The position numbers were made by a program, and so were the translations under genes. From an uncultured Methanosarcinales archaeon (GTDB taxonomy: Archaea > Nanobdellota > Nanobdellia > Woesearchaeales > CAZZGN01): DNA of 34,327 nt. Shown one piece after another: positions 15,856 to 25,548 of this stretch. A model generated the notes under the pieces. That model had not been told where the DNA came from. It searched no databases and saw nothing but the letters and a program-made list of their open reading frames with translations. Position 1 is the first letter of the stretch, and each line of letters starts with the position of its first letter. The DNA is taken from NCBI GenBank assembly GCA_964654165.1, contig CAZZGN010000003.1:1-34327 (forward strand), written 5' to 3'.

Positions 15856-17052
15856 ATCTACAGGTTTTAAATGAGATGCTTGTCTTGAAGGAAAATATCC
15901 TGAAAACATTCCAACGAGGAATGAGAATAATAAACAGCCAACTATCAACCACCATGGAAAAGATGGCTGTAAAGAGGAATAACCAGAAGCTGCTGCTATA
16001 TTACCGCCTGCTTTTGCAACTAGATACCCAAAGAATATGCCAATCGCTCCACCTATTGCACCTAGTAATCCTGATTCAATGAGGAAAACTATTTGGATTG
16101 TTCTATTTTTTGCTCCTATTGCCTTCATCACACCAATTTCACCTGTTCTTTCAAGAACTGAAGTATACATTGAATTGGCTATGTTTATTGCACTCACAAC
16201 AACAGATATTAATGCAATAAGTACCAAAACTCCGTTAAGGACATCAATAATATTTGTGAAGACAGCTATTGCATCTTCAAATGTTTGCACAGTAAAATCT
16301 TCTTTGCCCTCATCAAGATTTCTTTCTCTTCTCAGAGATTTTTCAATTTTCCCTACAACTTCATCAGGAGTTTTATCAGGAGAAGTTTTTACATAGATAA
16401 ATTGGTATTCTTCTGTGTCTAGTAATTCTTTTATTGTGTTTTCTGGAAGGTAAACGTTTGCATCATCTCCTGGATTGCCAATAGAATCGTAAAATCCGAC
16501 AATTTTGAAAGGTGTGCCGAGAAGATATATTATATCTCTTAATTTTAAGGGTTTTGCAAAAATTTTATCTGCAACTAAATAATTATAACCTAATACAACT
16601 TTGTATTTATCCTGTGGGTTCAAACTTCTTCCTTTGAATATATCTACGGTCAACATCTGCATGATCAATTCTTCCTCTTCCCCAGATGCTGGAATACCCA
16701 TCACAAAGTTCCATTTTCCTGCTCTTTTTAAGTCGTATTTTACTTCAATCTGAGACATAATTGCAGGCACGACTGTATCAACGCCGACTGTTTTTCTTAT
16801 TGCATTAACATCATCATCCGTGAATGCAATTGTGGACGATCCTGGTGGTTGAAAACCACCTGGCTGGATTATTATTTTGTCCAAACCCATCTCTTCTGAG
16901 ATTTCATTTACATACCCTTTAACACCTACACCAAAACTTACAAGTGCAAATATAGCCATTATACCTATGAGTATTGAAAGAACTGTTAACCACGACCTTA
17001 CTCTTCTATTGAGGAGATTCTGAACCGCATATTTCATAATGTCTCTGTTCAT
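15838..17052 (-). CDS. ABC transporter permease (MacB/FtsX family)
   Basis: RSWLTVLSILIGI, extracytoplasmic domain, IANSMYTSVLERTGEIGVMKAIGA, PVDALRYE. Confidence 0.93.
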   Translation of the reverse strand: MNRDIMKYAVQNLLNRRVRSWLTVLSILIGIMAIFALVSFGVGVKGYVNEISEEMGLDKIIIQPGGFQPPGSSTIAFTDDDVNAIRKTVGVDTVVPAIMSQIEVKYDLKRAGKWNFVMGIPASGEEEELIMQMLTVDIFKGRSLNPQDKYKVVLGYNYLVADKIFAKPLKLRDIIYLLGTPFKIVGFYDSIGNPGDDANVYLPENTIKELLDTEEYQFIYVKTSPDKTPDEVVGKIEKSLRRERNLDEGKEDFTVQTFEDAIAVFTNIIDVLNGVLVLIALISVVVSAINIANSMYTSVLERTGEIGVMKAIGAKNRTIQIVFLIESGLLGAIGGAIGIFFGYLVAKAGGNIAAASGYSSLQPSFPWWLIVGCLLFSFLVGMFSGYFPSRQASHLKPVDALRYE

Positions 17053-18278
17053 TTTACATGCCTCAGTGCATCAACAGGATTCATTTTTGCAGCTTGTAAA
17101 GCGGGGAATGTTCCGAAAATGCTTCCAAGTAGGAATGAAAATATTAATGCCCCACCTATTAATGAAAATGTAATATGTGCTTGAATGAGATCTGATCCCA
17201 TCATCATTTTACCAACTTCCGACATCCCTATAGCAGTGCCTGCGCCAAGAATAACTCCAGCTATGCCTCCTGCCAGTCCTATAAAACCAGATTCTATGAA
17301 AAATAATAAAAATATCATACTGTTTCTCGCACCAATAGCTTTCATAATCCCTATTTCTTTTGTTCTTTCAACAACTGTTGTGTACATAGTGGTCATTATC
17401 CCAATACCACCTACAACTATTGAAATACCTGCTATTATGTAGACAAATAATTGAACAGCGAATAATGTTGAATTAAGATTATCAATGGCGCTTTGAGGCG
17501 TTGAGATTGTAAAATCTTCTTCCCCCTCTTTTACATCCCTTATTTTTCTTAATAATTTTTCTACGGATGCTTGCGATTCTTCAACAGAATATGTTTCAGT
17601 TTTATATTGAGCAGCGATTATTCCATACGTTCCAGGATCTCTTTCAAGAACTTCGTCAAAGTCATCATCATTCATTAATACAATTCCATCAATCATGAAA
17701 CTTCCTTTTTTTTCTAATATACCTATCACTTCGAAATCAACATCGTTGATTTTTACGTCTACTCCTAATTTAATTTCTTTTCCAAATGTACTCTCTTTTG
17801 CAAAATCAGTTCCAACAACAATTTTTCTTCTGTCACTGTCTTTGAGCATCCTTCCTTTTTTTGTTTCTATGCCAACACCATATTCAACAAGATCTCTATC
17901 ATCTCCACTAGGCATACTAACTGCGGCACCGAATGCAACTTTATTGTTGTATTCAGCTTTTCCGAATCCTATAGATCTTCCAGCGGCTCTATCAATTTCT
18001 TTTAAACTTTCAATGTTTCTGACATCTTTTTCTTCAAATGGAACGACAGTGCCTGTTCCTGGAGGACCCATGCCACCTCCAATACTTATTGAAATCAAAT
18101 CTGGAGCGAAGCTTCCAAATTGATTGTTTATAGTAACTCTTAAGCCTTCTCCAAGACCTATTAATGCAACTATAGACATTATTCCTACAAGTATACCTAT
18201 CATAGTCAGCCAGGAACGTAATTTACGGTTCCTGATATTCTTGATAGCTATAGAAAAATAGTCCGAAATCGTTTTCAT
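17049..18278 (-). CDS. ABC transporter permease (MacB/FtsX family)
   Basis: RSWLTMIGILVGI, VGGIGIMTTMYTTVVERTKEIGIMKAIGA, PVDALR. Confidence 0.93.
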   Translation of the reverse strand: MKTISDYFSIAIKNIRNRKLRSWLTMIGILVGIMSIVALIGLGEGLRVTINNQFGSFAPDLISISIGGGMGPPGTGTVVPFEEKDVRNIESLKEIDRAAGRSIGFGKAEYNNKVAFGAAVSMPSGDDRDLVEYGVGIETKKGRMLKDSDRRKIVVGTDFAKESTFGKEIKLGVDVKINDVDFEVIGILEKKGSFMIDGIVLMNDDDFDEVLERDPGTYGIIAAQYKTETYSVEESQASVEKLLRKIRDVKEGEEDFTISTPQSAIDNLNSTLFAVQLFVYIIAGISIVVGGIGIMTTMYTTVVERTKEIGIMKAIGARNSMIFLLFFIESGFIGLAGGIAGVILGAGTAIGMSEVGKMMMGSDLIQAHITFSLIGGALIFSFLLGSIFGTFPALQAAKMNPVDALRHVK

Positions 18279-18303
18279 TCACCTCAGAAAATAAAGAAAG
18301 GGA

Positions 18304-19569
18304 TTATTTTACCCTTCTCCTTCTTTTCTTTCTTCTCCAATACCAAATACCTGCTACAATAATAATTAATACAAATATTATGGTGCCTGTGTAACTTCTT
18401 GGTTTTTCAAAGCCAAACTTAAGTGCGTCTTCTCTGGAATAAAGTGGTACAGATACACTTTTTTTGTCGTTGTATTTGTTGTTGTATTCATCTTTGTAGT
18501 CAAGTTTTAAGTTTAAAGGTACATCATCTTTGTCACTTTTTACATAAATCTCAAAATCAGCAGTTTCAAAATCATCGCTGTCTAAATTGCCAAGATAAAT
18601 TTTATCTGCAGAGATTATATGATAATCTTCAGAAGGCTCTAACGTAATTGTTAGAAAATTTATCTGACCCATTCCTGTGTTTGAGATACTTGCAACAACT
18701 TTTCCTTTTTGACTTGATTTGTATATTTCTGTATTTTCTAAATTTAACAAATATTCAGGCTTTTCAAATACAGGAATTCCAACTATGAATTCTTTTGTAT
18801 ACGAAGTTCCCTGATTGTTGCTGTACGTAACTGTGACGGGAATTTTATGCACTTTTGACTGTGCGTCGGCATCTACAGCTAAATTAAATTCTACTTCTTC
18901 TGCTTCTCCTACTTTTATCATGTCAATTACAACTTTATCAGACGTTCCTAATGGTGTAAATGGAAGTTCAGTTCTTGTAATGGATGTTGTTGCTGTGTCT
19001 ATTTTTTCTACAGTTAGAGTTACAATAACATTAGTTATTTCCGAAGCTGCAAAATTTTCGATATTAAAATTAATTTTTACATCCTGACCTGGAGCGGTTT
19101 TTGAAGGAATGGTTTTTACATTCATAAGGCCAATATTATAATCGCTGTCTTCAACCCTTATACTGTCGCTTCCTTCTCTCCATGTGTTGCTGCCGGTTGA
19201 AAACCGATACTCTAAGTCGTATTGTCCGTCAACTGCATTTTGGTCGACTTTGACTCTATAAAAAACGACATATGCATCGTCTCCTACTTGATAAGAGTCA
19301 AGTTTTCCAAGTTTTTGAAGTGGATCAGCCCCAGGATCTAGGGAGAAAGGATATTTTGGGGTTATTTCAAAGATTACATCCTCTGTTGCTTCCCCCCCAT
19401 TATTTTCAACTTTCCATCTAATCTCAACATATTTTCCAGGTTCAACTGGATCTGGGTTTTGGTTCAATAATTGAACTTCTATTTTTGCTTCAAGCACATA
19501 AGTTGCTGTTACTAAAGATATCATTAGGCAAGCAATTATTGCCATAATCAAAATGTTAGTTTTTTTCAT
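18304..19569 (-). CDS. COG1361 S-layer-domain family protein (ABC accessory)
   Basis: Signal peptide, QNPDPVEPG, three Ig-like repeats, YLGNLDSDDFETA, C-terminal TM plus basic tail; typical position within archaeal MacB-type operons. Confidence 0.85.
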   Translation of the reverse strand: MKKTNILIMAIIACLMISLVTATYVLEAKIEVQLLNQNPDPVEPGKYVEIRWKVENNGGEATEDVIFEITPKYPFSLDPGADPLQKLGKLDSYQVGDDAYVVFYRVKVDQNAVDGQYDLEYRFSTGSNTWREGSDSIRVEDSDYNIGLMNVKTIPSKTAPGQDVKINFNIENFAASEITNVIVTLTVEKIDTATTSITRTELPFTPLGTSDKVVIDMIKVGEAEEVEFNLAVDADAQSKVHKIPVTVTYSNNQGTSYTKEFIVGIPVFEKPEYLLNLENTEIYKSSQKGKVVASISNTGMGQINFLTITLEPSEDYHIISADKIYLGNLDSDDFETADFEIYVKSDKDDVPLNLKLDYKDEYNNKYNDKKSVSVPLYSREDALKFGFEKPRSYTGTIIFVLIIIVAGIWYWRRKKRRRRVK

Positions 19570-20270
19570 TTTTTTACGCCTCCATTTTTTAATGTTTTAA
19601 CAATGCTACCATCTTTTAGATATTCTATCCTATCCGCAGATTTTGAAAGATTATCATCATGAGTGACCATAATTATTGTTTTGCCTTCTTCTTTGTTCAT
19701 TTTCTTTAGAAAATCCATAACTATCCTTCCTGTCTTGCTATCTAAGTTTCCTGTTGGTTCGTCTGCTAATATCACTTCAGGATCATTTGCTAGTGATCTT
19801 GCAATTGCTACACGTTGCTGTTGGCCGCCGGAAAGTTCTGAAGGTGTGTGGTACATTCTGTCATCGAGTTCAACGAGTTTTAGTAGTTTTACAGCTCTGT
19901 TGTATCTTTTTTCCTGGCCTATGTTTTGAAATGTCATGGGGAGCATTATATTTTCTAATGCGGTTAAGGTGTTTATTAAATTGAATTTCTGGAATATGAA
20001 CCCTATTTTTCTTCCTCTAATTTGTGCTAAGTTAGATTCAGATAGTTTTGAGATATCTTTTCCTTCAAGTTTGATAGTTCCTTTAGTTGGAATGTCTAAA
20101 CAACCGACCATATTTACAGCAGTAGATTTTCCACTGCCGGAAGGTCCCATAATAGAAACGAATTCCCCTCTTTTTACATTAAGTGTCATTCCTCTTAATG
20201 CAGCAACTTCTACGTCGCCCATTTTGTAAATTTTCCACACATCTTTCAGTTCAATTATTGTGTCTGTCAT
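19566..20270 (-). CDS. ABC transporter ATP-binding protein (LolD/MacB family)
   Basis: GPSGSGKST, LSGGQQQRVAIAR, ILADEPTGNLD, VTHD. Confidence 0.96.
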   Translation of the reverse strand: MTDTIIELKDVWKIYKMGDVEVAALRGMTLNVKRGEFVSIMGPSGSGKSTAVNMVGCLDIPTKGTIKLEGKDISKLSESNLAQIRGRKIGFIFQKFNLINTLTALENIMLPMTFQNIGQEKRYNRAVKLLKLVELDDRMYHTPSELSGGQQQRVAIARSLANDPEVILADEPTGNLDSKTGRIVMDFLKKMNKEEGKTIIMVTHDDNLSKSADRIEYLKDGSIVKTLKNGGVKK

Positions 20271-20764
20271 TTTTCATACTCTTTCAATGCTTTATTGTAT
20301 TCTGTTATTGTTTTTTTTAGGATATTATCAAGTATTAAGGTTTGTTTGTGATATTCTTCGATAATTTTTAATTTATTTTTTTCTTCTTTATTAAGGTTTT
20401 TCCCTTTGTATTTTGTTATTATCTCAGGTAGAAGTTCTTTTGACATCTTCATGCACGTAGCTTCTTTCATAACCATGACATCTCTATGCATTTTCAACAT
20501 GTTTTTTTCAGCTCTTACGAAAACTTTCTTACTTCCTGGTTTTTTTATTTTTCTCATAAAACCTATAGTTTCTAGTAGTTTCATCTTATTGCTTATTGAA
20601 GCTAATGAGTAACCTGTTTTCTTAGAAAGGTCTTCTAAAGGGATGTCATCTGGAGAAACATATGTTATGGCGAATATTTTGAGCATTAAAGGATCTAAAC
20701 CTTGTGCTCCGCCTGCTTTTTGCAGAAATAATGCAAAATCATCTTCGATTTCTGTTAGGTTCAT
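20267..20764 (-). CDS. GbsR/MarR-type winged-helix transcriptional regulator
   Basis: LEDLSKKTGYSLASISNKMKLLE..G...KIKKPGSKK.F; first gene of the ABC operon. Confidence 0.82.
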   Translation of the reverse strand: MNLTEIEDDFALFLQKAGGAQGLDPLMLKIFAITYVSPDDIPLEDLSKKTGYSLASISNKMKLLETIGFMRKIKKPGSKKVFVRAEKNMLKMHRDVMVMKEATCMKMSKELLPEIITKYKGKNLNKEEKNKLKIIEEYHKQTLILDNILKKTITEYNKALKEYEK

Positions 20765-20779
20765 TTTAGTATTTTTACA

Positions 20780-20801
20780 ACTTTTAGTATTTATTAAAAG
20801 T
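20780..20801. promoter_or_regulatory. Candidate operator of the GbsR-type regulator
   Basis: Inverted repeat ACTTTTAGTA-TT-TATTAAAAGT (9/10 match); direct repeat TTTTAGTATTT at 20764-20774 and 20782-20792, between the TATA box and the start codon. Confidence 0.5.
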
Positions 20802-20866
20802 AGTATAAGAACTTATTTATATATTTTATGGAATATTTTATATATTTGGGGGATTTTGGGGTATTT

Positions 20867-21649
20867 ATGGAAGAAAAGGTTTATTTTAAGGATGCCAGAG
20901 GAAGGAAGTTATGCGGGATTTTAGCCTTACCTAAGATGAAAGATGTGAAGTTTCCTCTTGTATTGATGTCACCTGGGTTTTTTTCTCATAAAAATTCCAC
21001 AACTTACAAATCAATAGCATCATTGTTGAAGAAAAAAGGTATTGTGTGTTTTAGTCTTGATTATCCCAGAAGGAAAGATAGTGAAGGATTATTATCTGAT
21101 ACAACAGTCTCTTCAGATTATATTGCTTTTGAAGCAGCTTATAAACTTGTTTTTGATATGAAATTTGTTGATAAAAATAGAATATGTCTTTTGGGCAGTA
21201 GTTTAGGGGGTTTAATGTCTTTAATAGGTTTATATAATCTTAAGGGAAGCTGTGGGGTCTTATTTTGTCCAATACCTAGCTGGAAAGAGAAATTTGACGA
21301 CCCTTCATATCGTTATCATGGAAGTACAGTATCTGAATGGAAAAAAAGAGGATATGTGAAAAGAAATGCTGGAAAACTTGGTGGATTTGTAAAATTGAAA
21401 TATTCGTTTTATGAGGATTCTCTAAAATATGATGGATATAAGCTTGCTAAAAAAATTAAAACACCTGTACTTATTGTTCATGGAGATAAAGACACGAGTG
21501 TTCCATTAAAGCAAAGCGAAAAACTCGTTAAAAATCTTAAAAATGGAGAGCTAGTTGTTATGAATGGTGCAGATCACTATTTTTCAGACCCAAAACTAAA
21601 GAAAAAACGACATGAGATAGCTATGGGGTGGATTTTAAAGCATTTATAG
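20867..21649 (+). CDS. Alpha/beta-hydrolase (serine aminopeptidase/esterase-like)
   Basis: GSSLG nucleophile elbow, IVHGDKDTSVP, ADH. ATG 20867 is preferred over 20828 because TTTATATA at 20837-20844 lies 22 nt upstream. Confidence 0.88.
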   Translation: MEEKVYFKDARGRKLCGILALPKMKDVKFPLVLMSPGFFSHKNSTTYKSIASLLKKKGIVCFSLDYPRRKDSEGLLSDTTVSSDYIAFEAAYKLVFDMKFVDKNRICLLGSSLGGLMSLIGLYNLKGSCGVLFCPIPSWKEKFDDPSYRYHGSTVSEWKKRGYVKRNAGKLGGFVKLKYSFYEDSLKYDGYKLAKKIKTPVLIVHGDKDTSVPLKQSEKLVKNLKNGELVVMNGADHYFSDPKLKKKRHEIAMGWILKHL

Positions 21650-21694
21650 AAAATATTATAAATAACTATTTTCTCTTCAAAGAAAGGTGAGTAA

Positions 21695-22288
21695 ATGGCA
21701 AGGTTGAATAGAGAAGCAAAGAAAACGAGAAGAAACAGAATATGGATGGGTGCCATCACTATAATCATTATGGTCAGTGGGGGTTTGGGCATATTTGCAG
21801 GAGAATTAGGACCTGGAGAAAACTCTATGGCTTATGGAGATTTTATGTTTGAAAACAAACCTCAAGGGTGGAAAATAGAGATTGACAATCAAAATATGTA
21901 TTTTGTTTATCATCCATTTGAAGTAGATAAATATAACTTATCTCAAAATGCAACAAATATGCTGAGTGGTGCAAGTGCCATCCATCTTTCCAATGATCCG
22001 AATTCCGCATTAGCTTTGCCAGTTGCAAGATCTCAAGATTACCTTGCGAGTTATTTATATCAATACAAAGGAAAAATAATATCGAATGGTTTTTCTGTTG
22101 AAACGCAGTATGAAGTTCCTTTAATAACATGTGATAATGCTACAAAGGACGTACCTGTTATTTTGTTTGAGGAAGGAGAATTAGAAATAGTAGAGGAAGA
22201 AAATTGCATACATCTTAATTCACCTGACGAATATGGATATGGGCTATTGGTTGACAGAGTTCTTTATGCAATATTTGGTGTGATATAA
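21695..22288 (+). CDS. Membrane-anchored hypothetical protein (paralogue A)
   Basis: SD GGTGA; N-terminal TM; ITCDNA...PVILF...CI.L...DRVLYAIFGVI. Confidence 0.8.
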   Translation: MARLNREAKKTRRNRIWMGAITIIIMVSGGLGIFAGELGPGENSMAYGDFMFENKPQGWKIEIDNQNMYFVYHPFEVDKYNLSQNATNMLSGASAIHLSNDPNSALALPVARSQDYLASYLYQYKGKIISNGFSVETQYEVPLITCDNATKDVPVILFEEGELEIVEEENCIHLNSPDEYGYGLLVDRVLYAIFGVI

Positions 22289-22905
22289 TGACAGAAAAGA
22301 CGAAAAAGAATAAAATTATCATTGCTGTCGTTATCGTAATATTAATTGTATTGGGAATTTCCATGGCCATAGATTATTTTATGGAAGATAAAGAACCTTC
22401 AGTTTTAATGTATAATGGATACTATTTTACAGAACTAGACAATGGTTTGTGGAGCACTTCTGTCGGTAAGTATGATGACAAGGATTTTGTTTTAGTTTTA
22501 CATAATACACCGAAAGAGGTAGAAGATATTTACGTTTATGGAAATCTATCGTCATTTTTCCCATCTAATTTGACATATTTATCATACAATCCAGAAACAT
22601 GGGAAAGAAGTCCAAGTTTGAAAGTAGCCTTAATGGATTTATCACTTAAATTAGCTGGTTCTGCGGCTTTGTTTCAGGATGACCTTTTCAATCCAACAAT
22701 TGTATGCAGTGAAAATAAAGCAGATGTTTGCAATGAAATTGGTGTTTCCAATTGTGAAAGTGGTGGAAAAGTTATACAATTTGTGGAGGCTGACTGGCGA
22801 TCAATTGCTATTAATGGAAGTTGTATAACTCTTTATTCAGATGTGGACAGTTTTACGGAAGTTGAGGATAGATTGCTGTATTCGTGGTTTGGGGTAATGC
22901 AATAG
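22288..22905 (+). CDS. Membrane-anchored hypothetical protein (paralogue B)
   Basis: TAATG coupling to the previous gene; N-terminal TM; NCE...VIQF...CITL...DRLLYSWFGVM. Confidence 0.8.
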   Translation: MTEKTKKNKIIIAVVIVILIVLGISMAIDYFMEDKEPSVLMYNGYYFTELDNGLWSTSVGKYDDKDFVLVLHNTPKEVEDIYVYGNLSSFFPSNLTYLSYNPETWERSPSLKVALMDLSLKLAGSAALFQDDLFNPTIVCSENKADVCNEIGVSNCESGGKVIQFVEADWRSIAINGSCITLYSDVDSFTEVEDRLLYSWFGVMQ

Positions 22906-22936
22906 TTTTTTATAATCCTTCTTTCTTTCTTTTATT

Positions 22937-23521
22937 ATGACGCATTATTACTCAAAAGAACAAGACTCTAAACTTGTGATAGAGAAGATTAAAGTAAGTG
23001 TCTTAGGAAATGAATTACAATTTGAAACGGGTAGCGGAGTTTTCTCCAAAGGAAGATTAGACAAAGGAACGGAAGTGTTGCTTAATCATATGAAAATTAA
23101 AGATAAAATGAGGATATTAGATCTAGGATGTGGTTATGGTGTTGTCGGAATTTCAATAAAAAAGAATTTTGATGTAGAGATAGTTATGACAGACGTAAAT
23201 AGTAGAGCCGTTAGGTTATCTAAGAAAAATGCTAAATTAAACGACGTCGACGTCGAAATTTTACAAGGAGATAGTTTTGAAAAAATCAATGGAAACTTTG
23301 ACTCTATTCTCTTAAATCCACCTCAACATGCAGGGAAAAAAATTTGTTTTAATATGATTGAAAAATCTAAAGATTTTCTTGTCGATGGTGGAATATTGCA
23401 GATGGTAGCAAGACACCAAAAAGGCGGAAAGCATCTTTCTGAGAAAATGGAAGAAGTATTCGGCAATTTAGAAATACTAGGCATTAAATCAGGATTTAGA
23501 GTTTATGCAGCAATAAAATAA
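22937..23521 (+). CDS. RsmC-like class I SAM-dependent methyltransferase (MTS family)
   Basis: HYY, GVFS...LD.GT..L, LDLGCGYG, DVN.RA, ILLNPP. Confidence 0.9.
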   Translation: MTHYYSKEQDSKLVIEKIKVSVLGNELQFETGSGVFSKGRLDKGTEVLLNHMKIKDKMRILDLGCGYGVVGISIKKNFDVEIVMTDVNSRAVRLSKKNAKLNDVDVEILQGDSFEKINGNFDSILLNPPQHAGKKICFNMIEKSKDFLVDGGILQMVARHQKGGKHLSEKMEEVFGNLEILGIKSGFRVYAAIK

Positions 23522-23715
23522 TTAGAATTCTCAGGAACCAAATCGTATAAGCTGTTAAATCTATTCCATCTGATTATTTGGATATAATGGGCTTTTATTG
23601 TTGGTGATGGGGTTTCCATTTTCAGTATACTTTTCTCTACATTAATTAGATATAGGAAGTATATAAATGTTTTCATCACGCTAAATTTATAAATGAGAAC
23701 TTTTTATTGTTATGT

Positions 23716-24357
23716 ATGGAGAAAGTATTATTTTTTTGTGCACATAATGATGACCAAGTTATTGGGGCAGGAGGCACAATAGCCAAGTATGCATCAGAAG
23801 GAAAAGAAATAACAACAGTCATTTTTTCGTATGGTGAGAAAAGCCACCCATGGATGAAGCCCGAGTACATCATTTCTACAAGAATAAAGGAAACAGAACA
23901 ATCAAATAAAATATTGCGAGGAAAAGAGATAATCTTTTTAGATCTTAAAGAAGGGCAGTACTTGAAAGATTACGAAGAGAAAAAATATGAAGGCAAACTT
24001 GTAAACCTCATAAAAAAAACAAAACCTTCTAAGATTTTCTATCATTCTGCAGATGACCATCACCCAGATCATAAGGTTGTAAATAAAATTGTAAACGAAT
24101 TATTGGATAAAATGAAATACAAAGGAGATGTGTATACATTTGATGTGTGGACACCTATCATTTATAGAAAAAGAAATATTCCTAAAATGGTTGTCGATAT
24201 AACTTCAACATTCAAAACTAAGATAAAAGCTTTCAAAGTACAAAAAAGTCAAAAAATGGCCATACTGTCATTACTTTGGAGCATTTATCTCAAAGCTTTT
24301 TTAAATGGGCTTAATTATGGGTGTAAGTATGCGGAGACTTTCAAGAAAGTAAAATGA
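23716..24357 (+). CDS. PIG-L/LmbE family N-acetylglucosaminyl deacetylase
   Basis: AHNDD..IGAGGTI, R..E, DHHPDH, VDIT, K..A....SQ, YAETF. ATG 23716 lies 22 nt after TTTATAAA (23686-23693). Confidence 0.88.
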   Translation: MEKVLFFCAHNDDQVIGAGGTIAKYASEGKEITTVIFSYGEKSHPWMKPEYIISTRIKETEQSNKILRGKEIIFLDLKEGQYLKDYEEKKYEGKLVNLIKKTKPSKIFYHSADDHHPDHKVVNKIVNELLDKMKYKGDVYTFDVWTPIIYRKRNIPKMVVDITSTFKTKIKAFKVQKSQKMAILSLLWSIYLKAFLNGLNYGCKYAETFKKVK

Positions 24358-25472
24358 AAAAATTATTAATTGCGACGGATTGTTTTTTACCAAGATGGGA
24401 CGGTATTGCTAGATTCCTTAATGAAATAATTCCGAATCTTTCTAAAGATTATAATATAACAATTATTGCACCACACTATGGAAAATCACCGTATATGGAA
24501 AATGTGAAATTAATAACAGTTCCAACAAGAAAAATAAAACTTGGAGATTATTCCCCTGCTAAAATTACTTGGAAGAAAGTTAGAAACGAAGTTGAGAAAA
24601 CAGATATAATCTTCGTGCAGACACAAGGACCAATAGGCATGAGGGCTGTTGTTCTTGGAAAAATATTGAAAAAACCGATAATATCATATGTACATTCAAT
24701 AGAATGGGAGTTGTTTTCTAAAAGTATGCCTTATATGAGACCAATTGTGAAATTTTTTACAAAGTTGTATGCAAAATTTTTGTATAATATGTCGGATATG
24801 TTATTTGTTCCTTTCTTGGAGCTTAAAGAAATAATGAGAAGATATGGTATAAAAAGTCCTGAGATGGTTGTTGTAAGACTAGGAACGGATGTGGAAAAAT
24901 TTAAGCCCGCTGAGGACAAATTTAAAGCAAAAGAAAAGATAGGGATAGACCCTGAAAGATTTGTAATAGGGTTCACAGGAAGAATTAGCAGAGAAAAAAG
25001 TTTGAAGACTTTAATTCACGCTTTCAAGGAGCTTCAGAAAGAATACAAAAATTTATCACTTCTTGTTGTGGGAAAGGGAGTGGAAAAGATTGAGACTGAA
25101 TTAAAGATCTCAAAAAACATAATAGCAGTTGGCAAAAGAGATGACATTGTTCCATATCTTCAAGCAATGGATGTTTTTGTGATGCCTTCTCTAACTGAAA
25201 CAACATCCCTCTCAACAATAGAAGCAATGTCTTGTGCTGTTCCAGTGGTTGTGACGCCAGTAGGATATGTGAAAAGTTATGTTAAGGATAAGTTTAATGG
25301 TTTGGTTTTTCCTGTGGGAAATTCTCTTGTTTTGAAATTAAAATTGAAGCAGCTTATAGAAGACAATACATTGAGAGAGATGTTATCAAAACATGCCCGT
25401 GCCACTATTGTTAAAAAATTCAACTGGGAAAAGACAGTTGAAAGATTGAAGTTTGTTCTAAAGCAGTTCTGA
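24354..25472 (+). CDS. Glycosyltransferase family 4 (GT-B fold)
   Basis: TDCFLP..DG, GRISREK, DVFVMPSLTET......EAMSC..PVV; ATGA overlap with the deacetylase. Confidence 0.92.
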   Translation: MKKLLIATDCFLPRWDGIARFLNEIIPNLSKDYNITIIAPHYGKSPYMENVKLITVPTRKIKLGDYSPAKITWKKVRNEVEKTDIIFVQTQGPIGMRAVVLGKILKKPIISYVHSIEWELFSKSMPYMRPIVKFFTKLYAKFLYNMSDMLFVPFLELKEIMRRYGIKSPEMVVVRLGTDVEKFKPAEDKFKAKEKIGIDPERFVIGFTGRISREKSLKTLIHAFKELQKEYKNLSLLVVGKGVEKIETELKISKNIIAVGKRDDIVPYLQAMDVFVMPSLTETTSLSTIEAMSCAVPVVVTPVGYVKSYVKDKFNGLVFPVGNSLVLKLKLKQLIEDNTLREMLSKHARATIVKKFNWEKTVERLKFVLKQF

Positions 25473-25548
25473 AAATCTTCCGGATTTTAAATAGAAATCT
25501 TTATATACTACTTTGTATTATATTGTATGACAACATAAGAGGTTGACA

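Noticed and set aside
15856-18278. Similarity between the two permease genes as a mobile repeat or DGR template/variable pair
   Set aside because: Ordinary paralogous MacB-family permeases; the differences are not adenine-specific and there is no reverse transcriptase in the window.
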